Below, in pieces: positions 41,334 through 51,700 of a DNA stretch of 64,000 nucleotides; the first letter of the stretch is position 1, and every line of letters starts with the position of its first letter. Source of the stretch: Octopus sinensis. Taxonomy: Eukaryota. The translations under genes and the position numbers were made by a program. The stretch is from NCBI RefSeq assembly GCF_006345805.1, contig NC_043013.1, positions 52,700,001 through 52,764,000 of the forward strand, in the 5' to 3' direction. Below the pieces are notes generated by a model that saw only the letters and a program-made list of their open reading frames with translations, did no database searches and had not been told where the DNA came from.

Positions 41334-42482
41334 AAATAGGAACGTGATCCTATTCTTAATAATATATTTTACTGACTATATTTTACATGCAGCGGCAATA
41401 CACATAAGTTTAGAATGACAACAAGATTTCTTTTTAAGTTATATACATTATTTATTTTACATATTTTACAATCATGTTTGATGTTGGATGTTTGTAAGTG
41501 CTCGCATGTTTTTGTGTCTGTGTGTTCGTTAGGCGTAAAAAGGTACTGACTAGTGAATTGACGATGGGATTTGATTCACAGTTAATGTTGTTGATATCGG
41601 CTTGGCAACAGGTAATAACAGATGGCTTAAGGTAGTTCTTAGAAGAAAACTAGAACCCAAGAACAGATAATTGATTTACCGTTTATGAGGTACACTGTAA
41701 GAGTTCTATATCAAGGTATTGCGTGTCGCAGTTGAGATTAATTGAATCACTCGTTGTGTTTATCTTTCTCTTGATATGAATATACTTCCAGACATGTTAC
41801 TGTAGCCGTTTTTTCCGTGGCGAGAATTTCACCTAACCGCTATAGTTGAATCTGTAGTTGTCTCGTGTACAAATTAAATCTTCGATGTTTGTCGATTGGT
41901 TCTTGCTGCTTCTTCATCATATGTTCTGCTTGGTTATTTTTCTCTAGTTATAGATATCTTGTAACCGTTTTCTTCATGGTGATATTTCACACTAACAGTA
42001 TGTTAGGTATCTGTAACATCTTGTATTAACGGTGGTCGCCTGCCTCGAACTGGAACTTGGTCGAATATTCTCTGTGTGGTCAGAGACTTAGCTCTTAAAA
42101 GAACTAAAAGCCTAAGACGAGCTGTGTGGTCAGAGGTTCGCCCTGAGAAGGACTGGAAACCTAAGATGTTTCTTTATTACCCACAAAGGGGCCACGAAGA
42201 GGGGGACATTACAAGACGGGACATGGGGTACATAAAGTAAAAATAAAATATGAAGTAAAGATGAATTATATGTAATGAGATGGAACGGCTTACGAACTCC
42301 CAACTCGCAGTTGCGTTTAAAATACAATTGTACATTTCATATATTCCAGTTCAAAATACAATTTTACAGTTACATATATTCCAGTTCAAAGTACAATAAT
42401 TTTACAATTTACATTTTAACATTACATACATTCCTGTTCAAAATACAACTTTACATCTTACAATTTTACAATTCTAATTCTT

Positions 42483-42766
42483 TTATAGGTCCGTTTGGTC
42501 TATTACATCTGGTAATTTGTCATACCGTACATAATGCGTTATATGAATAGAATTAAATATCTTTTTTAATTTTGTGTATGTTTCTTTTTCTATAATGACG
42601 CCTTTTACATCGTCACCATACAGTTTTGGGTTCACCTTCACCCTGACCAACCCTTTCCTACCTGCAAGTCTCTTTTCCACTTCTGTATTCTTGATATACA
42701 TCACAACTGCTTTCAGGTTTTTTCCTGTAGGCCTTCTTCCATATTTACACGATTCCAACTGTTCTA
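42483..42766 (-). pseudogene. 5'-truncated copy A, C-terminal domain only, with a 30-bp deletion at the stop
   Basis: EQLESCKYGRRPTGKNLKAVVMYIKN..DVIDQTDL*; it abuts the 3' tail of copy B directly. Confidence 0.8.
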
Positions 42767-43061
42767 TTTCTTTATTACCCACAAAGGGGCCACGAAGAGG
42801 GGGGCATTACAAGACGGGACATGGGGTACATAAAGTAAAAATAAAATATGAAGTAAAAGATGAATTATATGTAATGAGATGGAACGGCTTACGAACCCCC
42901 AACTCGCAGTTCCATTTAAAATACAATTGTACATTTCATATATTCCAATACAATTTTACAGTTACAATAATTTTACAATTTTACATGTTAACATTACATA
43001 CATTCCTGTTCAAAATACAACTTTACATCATACAATTTTACAATTAACAATACTAATTCTT

Positions 43062-44400
43062 TTACATTAGACGTTCGTCCGTCATATAATCCAATAGGTC
43101 CATTTGGTCTATTACATCTGGTAATTTGTCATACCGTACATAATGCGTTATATGCATAGCATTAAATATCTTTTTTAATTTTGTGTATGTCTCTTTGTCT
43201 ATAATGACGCCTTTTACATCGTCACCATACAGTTTTGGGTTCACCTTCACCCTGACCAACCCTTTCCTACCTGCAAGTCTCTTTTCCACTTCTGTATTCT
43301 TGATATACATCACAACTGCCTTCAAGTTTTTTCCTGTAGGCCTTCTTCCATATCTGCACAATTCCAATTGCTCGTTCACTCTTGTCTCCCATTCTTGTTC
43401 AAACTCTGTCCTTGGCCGCTCTCTCGCCTTCTCTTTTACTTCCTGTTCTTTGTATGTTTTTTCTTCTCTCTCTTCTGCTATCTTGCTTTTGATTTTTTTC
43501 TTTTTTAGATCTTTCGGTGGTGATTCCACCCTTGATCTCTTCCTGTCTTCCGTCTTTTCCTCTTCTGCCCTTGCTCGTTCTTCCTCATTTAACTGCTCCT
43601 CCATTCGTGCTTCCTCCGCTTTCGCTTCCTCCACACACGCATCTTTACACTCCTCTATCACAACCTCAGGTGCTTTTGTTTTTTCCCAACGGGCACACAT
43701 CCTTCATGTGGCCCCTCGATTTACAATTATAGCAAATTGGGGGTCTTCCCTCTACCACAACTCGGAGCCGTGTTTCGTCAGGGTAGACCAACTCCTCCGG
43801 GATATTGTACAGGTCTCGCACGGTTATGTGTGCCAGAACCTGCACCGTATATCCCCACCATTTCACCTCCGCTGACTTCTCCACCTTCAGTACCTCCACA
43901 TCATCCTTGCAGTTAAACAGCACTGCTGCCAGCAACCTTTCCATATTAAATTCGGGTGAGATTCTATTGATTCTCATCCTCACTGCCCTCCTTCCGCAGT
44001 AACTTGGTAGCAAAGTCCACTTATCCGATTTCAAAAGTCTTGTTGCGTTCTTTTGTGCCTCATTTTCTGTTTCAAAATATACCACCACCGTGGCATACTT
44101 CTTTCCTCTTTTGAAAAATGTGGGTTCACCCTCAATTTCTTTCAGACACCTTTCTACTTCTTCCATTTCCGCTACTTCAATTTTTTTCGACTCCACACAC
44201 CACGTCCTCTACGTTATAGTACGCTTCTCTGCATTGCTTTCCTCCTCCTCGGACGGTGTGACTATCACACAGTCACCCTCCCTCTTTAAACTGTCGGAAT
44301 ACTTCTGTAAAGTCTTCTGTTCGACCACCACCTCCTCCATTTCCAGCTCACCGGCAACCAGGCCTCTGCCTGCTGCTCGCGCGTAAGTCTGCTCTTGCAT
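43062..44400 (-). pseudogene. ORF1p-like copy B with a nonsense codon (TAC>TAG, ~44209) and a +1 frameshift (~43690)
   Basis: The ORF track splits it into 44209-44406, 43666-44196 and 43062-43700, all collinear with copies C and D. Confidence 0.85.
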
Positions 44401-44840
44401 TTTCAAGAAAAAAAATATTCCACGTCCTCCAACGAACTCGAACTCACAACCTCTTCACTCAAAACAAACACACCAGAACAACTCCAAATAACTCACTCAA
44501 AGGCTGGGGGCCTCAGACGTATTTTTTTATTACCCACAAGGGGCCACGAAGAGGGGGACATTACAAGACGGGACATGGGGTACATAAAATAAAATAAAAT
44601 ATGAAGTAAAGATGAATTATATGTAATGAGATGGAACGGCTTACGAATCCCCAACTCGCAGTTCCGTTTAAAATACAATTATACGTTTCATATATTCCAG
44701 TTCAAAATACAATTTTACAGTTACATATGTTCCAGTTCAAAGTACAATAATTTTACAATTTACATTTTAACATTACATACATTCCTGTTCAAAATACAAC
44801 TTTACATCATACAATTTTACAATTAACAATACTAATTCTT

Positions 44841-46166
44841 TTACATTAGACGTTCGTCCGTCATATAATCCAATAGGTCCATTTGGTCTATTACATCTGG
44901 TAATTTGTCATACCGTACATAATGCGTTATATGCATAGCATTAAATATCTTTTTTAATTTTGTGTATGTCTCTTTGTCTATAATGACGCCTTTTACATCG
45001 TCACCATACAGTTTTGGGTTCACCTTCACCCTGACCAACCCTTTCCTACCTGCAAGTCTCTTTTCCACTTCTGTATTCTTGATATACATCACAACTGCCT
45101 TCAAGTTTTTTCCTGTAGGCCTTCTTCCATATCTGCACAATTCCAATTGCTCGTTCACTCTTGTCTCCCATTCTTGTTCAAACTCTGTCCTTGGCCGCTC
45201 TCTCACCTCTTTTACTTCCTGTTCTTTGTCTTCTCTCTCTTCTGCTATCTTGCTTTTAATTCTTTTCTTTTTTTGATCTTTCGGTGGTGATTCCACCCTT
45301 GATCTCTTCCTGTCTTCCGTCTTTTCCTCTTCTGCACTCTCTCGTTCTTCCTCACTTAATCGCTCCTCCATTCGTACTTCCTCCGCTTTCGCCTCCTCCA
45401 CACACGCGTCCTTACAATCCTCCATCACAACCTCCGGTGCTTTAGTTTTTTCTCGCGGGCACACATCCTTCATGTGGCCCCTTGATTTACAATTGTAGCA
45501 AATTGGGGGTCTTCCCTCTACCACAACTCGGAGCCGTGTCTCGTCAGGGTAGACCAGCTCCTCCGGGATGTTGTACAGGTCTCGCACGGTAATGTGCGCG
45601 AGAACCTGCACCGTATATCCCCACCATTTCACCTCCGCTGACTTCTCCACCTTCAGTACCTCCACATCATCCTTGCAGTTAAACAGCACTGCTGCCAGCA
45701 ACCTTTCCATATTAAATTCGGGTGAGATTCTATTGATTCTCATCCTCACTGCTCTCCTTCCGCAGTAACTTGGTAGCAAAGTCCACTTATCCGATTTCAA
45801 AAGTCTTGTTGCGTTCTTTTTTGCCTCATTTTCTGTTTCAAAATATACCACCACCGTGGCATACTTCTTTCCTCTTTTGAAAAATGTGGGTTCACCCTCA
45901 ATTTCCTTCAGACACCTTTCTACTTCTTCCATTTCCGCTACTTCAATTTTTTTCGACTCCACACACCACGTCCTGTACGTTATAGTACGCTTCTCTGCAC
46001 TGCTTTCCTCCTCCTCGGACGGTGTGACTCTTACGCAGTCACCCTCCCTCTTTAAACTGTCGAAATACTTCTGAAGGGTCTTCTGTTCGACCACCACCTC
46101 CTCCATCTCCAGCTCACCGGCAACCAGGCCTCTGCTTGCCGCTCGCGCGTAAGTCTGTTCTTGCAT
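44841..46166 (-). CDS. Gag/ORF1p-like protein, copy C, intact
   Basis: 441-aa paralog of copy D. Confidence 0.8.
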   Translation of the reverse strand: MQEQTYARAASRGLVAGELEMEEVVVEQKTLQKYFDSLKREGDCVRVTPSEEEESSAEKRTITYRTWCVESKKIEVAEMEEVERCLKEIEGEPTFFKRGKKYATVVVYFETENEAKKNATRLLKSDKWTLLPSYCGRRAVRMRINRISPEFNMERLLAAVLFNCKDDVEVLKVEKSAEVKWWGYTVQVLAHITVRDLYNIPEELVYPDETRLRVVVEGRPPICYNCKSRGHMKDVCPREKTKAPEVVMEDCKDACVEEAKAEEVRMEERLSEEERESAEEEKTEDRKRSRVESPPKDQKKKRIKSKIAEEREDKEQEVKEVRERPRTEFEQEWETRVNEQLELCRYGRRPTGKNLKAVVMYIKNTEVEKRLAGRKGLVRVKVNPKLYGDDVKGVIIDKETYTKLKKIFNAMHITHYVRYDKLPDVIDQMDLLDYMTDERLM

Positions 46167-46554
46167 TTTCAGGAAAAAAATTATTCCACGTCCTCCAACG
46201 AATTCGAACTCACCACCTCCTCACTTGAAACAAACACACCAGAACAATCACACCTGAATAACTCCAAATAACTTACTCAAAGACTGGAAGCCTCAGACTG
46301 TTTCTTTATTACCCACTAAGGGGCCACGAAGAGGGGGACATTACAAGACGGGACATGGGGAACATAAATTAAAAAATAAAGTATGAAGTAAAAAATGAAT
46401 TAGATGTAATGAGATGGAACGGCTTACGAACCCCCAACTCGCAGTTCCGTTTAAAATACAATTATACATACAATTTTACAGTTACAATAATTTTACAATT
46501 CTACATGTCAACATTACTTATATTCAAATTACAACTTTAAATTTTACAATTCTT

Positions 46555-47874
46555 TTACATTAGACGCTCGTCCGTCATATAATCCAACAGGTCTGTTTGC
46601 TCTATAACATCTGGCAATTTATCATACCGCACATAATGCGTTATGTGCATGGCATTAAACATCTTTTTTAATTTTATATATGTCTCTTTGTCTATAATGA
46701 CGCCTTTCACGTCGTCACTATACAGCTTTGGGTTCACCTTCACTCTGACCAACCCTTTCTTACCTACAAGTCTATTCTCCACTTCTGTATTCTTGATATA
46801 CAGTACAACTGCCTTCAAGTTTTTTCCTGTAGGCCTTCTTCCATATCTGCACAATTCCAATTGCTCGTTCACTCTTGTCTCCCATTCTTGTTCAAACTCT
46901 GTCCTTGGCCGCTCTCTCACCTTCTCTTTTACTTCCTGTTCTTTGTCTTCTCTCTCTTCTGCTATCTTGCTTTTAATTTTTTTCTTTTTTTGATCTTTCG
47001 GTGGTGATTCCACCCTTGATCTCTTCCTGTCTTCCGTCTTTTCCTCTTCTGCACTCTCTCGTTCTTCCTCACTTAACCGCTCCTCCATTCGTACTTCCTC
47101 CGCTTTCGCCTCCTCCACACACGCGTCCTCCATCACAACCTCCGGTGCTTTAGTTTTTTCTCGCGGGCACACATCCTTCATGTGGCCCCTTGATTTACAA
47201 TTGTAGCAAATTGGGGGTCTTCCCTCTACCACAACTCGGAGCCGTGTCTCGTCAGGGTAGACCAGCTCCTCCGGGATGTTGTACAGGTCTCGCACGGTAA
47301 TGTGCGCGAGAACCTGCACCGTATATCCCCACCATTTCACCTCCGCTGACTTCTCCACCTTCAGTACCTCCACATCATCCTTGCAGTTAAACAGCACTGC
47401 TGCCAGCAACCTTTCCATATTAAATTCGGGTGAGATTCTATTGATTCTCATCCTCACTGCCCTCCTTCCGCAGTAACTTGGTAGCAAAGTCCACTTATCC
47501 GATTTCAAAAGTCTTGTTGCGTTCTTTTGTGCCTCATTTTCTGTTTCAAAATATACCACCACCGTGGCATACTTCTTTCCTCTTTTGAAAAATGTGGGTT
47601 CACCCTCAATTTCTTTCAGACACCTTTCTACTTCTTCCATTTCCGCTACTTCAATTTTTTTCGACTCCACACACCACGTCCTGTACGTTATAGTACGCTT
47701 CTCTGCACTGCTTTCCTCCTCCTCGGACGGTGTGACTCTTACGCAGTCACCCTCCCTCTTTAAACTGTCGAAATACTTCTGTAAAGTCTTCTGTTCGACC
47801 ACCACCTCCTCCATTTCCAGCTCACCGGCAACCAGGCCTCTGCCTGCCGCTCGCGCGTAAGTCTGTTCTTGCAT
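46555..47874 (-). CDS. Gag/ORF1p-like protein (RRM-like region, CCHC zinc knuckle, acidic/basic linker, unassigned ~100-aa C-terminal domain), copy D, intact
   Basis: 439 aa: MQEQTYARAA..YATVVVYFETENEA..LRVVVEGRPPICYNCKSRGHMKDVC (CX2CX4HX4C). The x.GQP/GRP-CxxCxxxGH context is typical of Tx1/L1-clade ORF1. Confidence 0.8.
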   Translation of the reverse strand: MQEQTYARAAGRGLVAGELEMEEVVVEQKTLQKYFDSLKREGDCVRVTPSEEEESSAEKRTITYRTWCVESKKIEVAEMEEVERCLKEIEGEPTFFKRGKKYATVVVYFETENEAQKNATRLLKSDKWTLLPSYCGRRAVRMRINRISPEFNMERLLAAVLFNCKDDVEVLKVEKSAEVKWWGYTVQVLAHITVRDLYNIPEELVYPDETRLRVVVEGRPPICYNCKSRGHMKDVCPREKTKAPEVVMEDACVEEAKAEEVRMEERLSEEERESAEEEKTEDRKRSRVESPPKDQKKKKIKSKIAEEREDKEQEVKEKVRERPRTEFEQEWETRVNEQLELCRYGRRPTGKNLKAVVLYIKNTEVENRLVGKKGLVRVKVNPKLYSDDVKGVIIDKETYIKLKKMFNAMHITHYVRYDKLPDVIEQTDLLDYMTDERLM

Positions 47875-48297
47875 TTTCAGGAAAAAAAATTATTCCCCGT
47901 CCTCCAACGAATTCGAACTCACCACCTCTTTACTCGAAATAAACACACCAGAATAAACACACCTGAATAACTCCAAATAACTTACACAAAGACTGGAAGC
48001 CTCAGACGTATATTTTTCTGAGAAACCTTGTTTTATAAGCTTCACCAGGCTCCCAGTGAACTTCAGAAATGGAAAGCTGTGATTGGCTGCTTGGACTATG
48101 GCGCGAAAATAAGTCGAGACATTTTGCGCCAAGTTATAACCAGCGGTGCGAGCGTAGTAGAGACCAACGTGTCAACCAATCGAATTAACGTTTACAACAA
48201 TGTTGAACTAGCCAAAGATGTTTGTAATCTCGACCGAGGTTATTCTTAATACATTTCTCAAACAGTGAAGATAGCACTGAGAGACGATATTGCTACA

Positions 48298-48359
<62 letters not shown>

Positions 48360-48489
48360 ATATATATATATATACCTCAGTTTAGTTTGAAACCGTAGCA
48401 ACGTATCCGGGGACCCAATTAATTTCAAATTTTCTGTTCGATGGCAAGTAAGCGGAGATAATTCTCGACATATAAGCCTTCAAGCAGGC

Positions 48490-48688
48490 CAGCTATATGC
48501 TAGAAATAGCAGCCAAAGCTAACAAAACTACGATAACATAACGTACTAGCGGTTCGGCAAATAGAGAACGATGGAATTAGCAATAGGCTTACAAAATATA
48601 AGTCCTGTTGTCGATTTCCTCGACTAAAGGCAGTGCTCCAGCATGGCCACAGGCAAATGACTGAAACAAGTAAAAGAGTAAAAGAGTA
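48490..48688 (+). mobile_element. 3' part of SINE family 1
   Basis: ACTAGCGGTTCGGCAAA..GCTCCAGCATGGCCACAGGCAAATGACTGAAACAAGTAAAAGAG. Confidence 0.75.
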
Positions 48689-48797
48689 ATATATACATAC
48701 ATATAGATATGTATGTACGTATGTGTGTACATATATATAAACGTGTGTGTATATGTAACATATTTCTAAGAATACATACATTCATACATACATCAAC

Positions 48798-51700
48798 ATT
48801 TTAGTGATCTCTTTGATAAATATAATCTTTTTCTGAATCAGTTAACTTATATTAAGCTAAGAGATCACTAAACATTTTGTTGTTTTTCAAATACACATAT
48901 GCAATATTTTGACATTTTCTAACCTGAAAACTTTTGCGATTTTAGTGATCTCTTGGATAAATATAAGCTTTTTATCAATCAGTTAACTTATATTTAGCTA
49001 AGTGATCACTAAAACTTTTGCGATTTTAGTGATCTCTTGGATAAATATTAGTTTTTTGTCAATCAGTTAACTTATATTTAGCTAAGTGATCACTAAAACT
49101 TTTGCGATTTTAGTGATCTCTTGGATAAATATTAGTTTTTTGTCAATCAGTTAACTTATATTTAGCAAAGAGATCACTAAAACTTTTGCGATTTTAGTGA
49201 TCTCTTGGATAAATATAAGCTTTTTATCAATCAGTTAACTTATATTTAGCTAAGAGATCACTAAATTTTTTGTTGTTTTTCAAGTTCACATTTGCAATAT
49301 TTTGACATATTATAATCTGAAAACATTTGCGATTTTAATGATCTCTTGGATAAATAAAAGCTTTTTATCAATCAGTTAACTTATATTTAGCTAAGAGATC
49401 ACTAAATTTTTTGTTGTTTTTCAAGTACACATATGCAATATTTTGACATTTTCTAACCTGAAAACTTTTGCGATTTTAGTGATCTCTTGGATAAATATAA
49501 GCTTTTTATCAATCAGTTAACTTATATTTAGCTAAGAGATCACTAAATTTTTTGTTGTTTTTCAAGTACACATATGCAACATTTTGACATTTTCTAACCT
49601 GAAAACTTTTGCGATTTTAGTGATCACTTGGATAAATATAAGCTTTTTATCAATCAGTTAACTTATATTTAGCTAAGAGATCACTAAATTTTTTCTTGTT
49701 TTTCAAGTACACATATGCAATATTTTGACATTTTCTAACCTGAAAACTTTTGCGATTTTAGTGATCACTTGGATAAATATAAGCTTTTTATCAATCAGTT
49801 AACTTATATTTAGCTAAGAGATCACTAAATTTTTTGTTGTTTTTCAAGTACACATATGCAACATTTTGACATTTTATAACCTGAAAACTTTTGCGATTTT
49901 AGTGATCTCTTGGATAAATATAAGCTTTTTATCAATCAGTTAACTTATATTTAGCTAAGAGATCACTAAATTTTTTCTTGTTTTTCAAGTACACATATGC
50001 AACATTTTGACATTTTATAACCTGAAAACTTTTGCGATTTTAGTGATCTCTTGGATAAATATAAGCTTTTTATCAATCAGTTAACTTATATTTAGCTAAG
50101 AGATCACTAAATTTTTTCTTGTTTTTCAAGTACACATATGCAATATTTTGACATTTTCTAACCTGAAAACTTTTGCGATATTAGTGATCTCTTGGATAAA
50201 TATAAGCTTTTTATCAATCAGTTAACTTATATTTAGCTAAGAGATCACTAAATTTTTTGTTGTTTTTCAAGTACACATATGCAATATTTCGACATTTTAT
50301 AACCTGAAAACTTTTGCGATTTTAGTGATCACTTGGATAAATATAAGCTTTTTATCAATCAGTTAACTTATATTTAGCTAAGAGATCACTAAATTTTTTG
50401 TTGTTTTTCAAGTACACATTTGCAATATTTTGACATTTTATAACCTGAAAACTTTTGCGATTTTAGTAATCTCTTGGATAAATATAAGTTAACTTATATT
50501 TACCTAAGGGATCACTAAATTTTTTGTTGTTTTTCAAGTACACATCTGCAATATTTTGACATTTTATAACCTGAAAAGTTTTGCGATTTTAGTGACCACT
50601 GGATAAATATAAGCTTTTTATCAATCAGTTAACTTATATTTATCTAAGAGATCACTAAATTTTTTGTTGTTTTTCTCAATCAGTTAACTTATAATTCAGG
50701 GCATGTAATTCAGGGGCAGGTAATTCAATGGCATCTAATTCAGGGGTAGGTAATTCAGGGCAGGTAATTCAGGGCATGTAATTCAAAGGCACGCAATTCA
50801 GTGGCATCTAATTCAGGGAAGTTAATTCAGGCGAAGATAATCCAGGGGTAGGTAATTCAGGGGGCCGGTAATTCAGAGGCAGGTAATTCAGAGCATGTAA
50901 TTCAGGGGCAAATGACTGAAACAAGTAAAAAGGAAAAGAGTAATATATAATACATATAGATATGTATGTACGTATGTGTGTACATATATATAAACGTGTG
51001 TGTAATGTAACATATTTCTAAGAATACATACATTCATACATACATCAACATTAGTGACTCTTGATAATATAATCTTTTCTTGAATCAGTTAACTTATATT
51101 AGCTAAGAGATCACTAAAATTTTGTTGTTTTTCAATACACATATGCAATATTTTGACATTTTCTAACCTGAAAAGTTTTGCGATTTTAGTGATCTCTTGG
51201 ATAAATATAAGCTTTTTATCAATCAGTTAACTTATATTTAGCTAAGTGATCACTAAAACTTTTGCGATTTTAGTGATCTCTTGGATACATATTAGTTTTT
51301 GTCAATCAGTTAACTTAATTTAGCTAAGTGATCACTAAAACTTAGCGATTTTAGTGATCTTGGATAAATATTAGTTTTTGTCATCAGTTAACTATATTTT
51401 AGCAAAGAGATCACTAAAACTTTTGCGATTTTAGTGATCTCTTGGATAAATATAAGCTTTTTATCAATCAGTTAACTTATATTTAGCTAAGAGATCACTA
51501 AATTTTTTGTTGTTTTTCAAGTTCACATTTGCAATATTTTGACATATTATAATCTGAAAACATTTGCGATTTTAGTGATCTCTTGGATAAATAAAAGCTT
51601 TTTATCAATCAGTTAACTTATATTTAGCTAAGAGATCACTTAATTTTTTGTTGTTTTTCAAGTACACATATGCAACATTTTGACATTTTCTAACCTGAAA

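Larger units (their letters stand above)
42169..48008 (-). mobile_element. Head-to-tail array of four ORF1-only (HAL1/Tx1-ORF1-like) units: D 46301-48008, C 44522-46300, B 42767-44521, A 42169-42766 (5'-truncated)
   Basis: Repeated 5' end (GTCTGAGGCTTCCAGTC..), ORF and 3' end (..TGTCCCCCTCTTCGTGGCCCCTTGTGGGTAATAAAGAAA). No RT or EN frame is present in any unit. Confidence 0.8.

Noticed and set aside
43183-47860. Plus-strand ORFs antisense to the ORF1 units
   Set aside because: They are the shadow frames of the purine-rich minus-strand ORFs, and they are broken differently in each copy.
47905-47925. Pol III B box (GAGTTCGAATTC) in the ORF1-unit 5' UTR
   Set aside because: It is an imperfect match with no clear A box, which is insufficient support.
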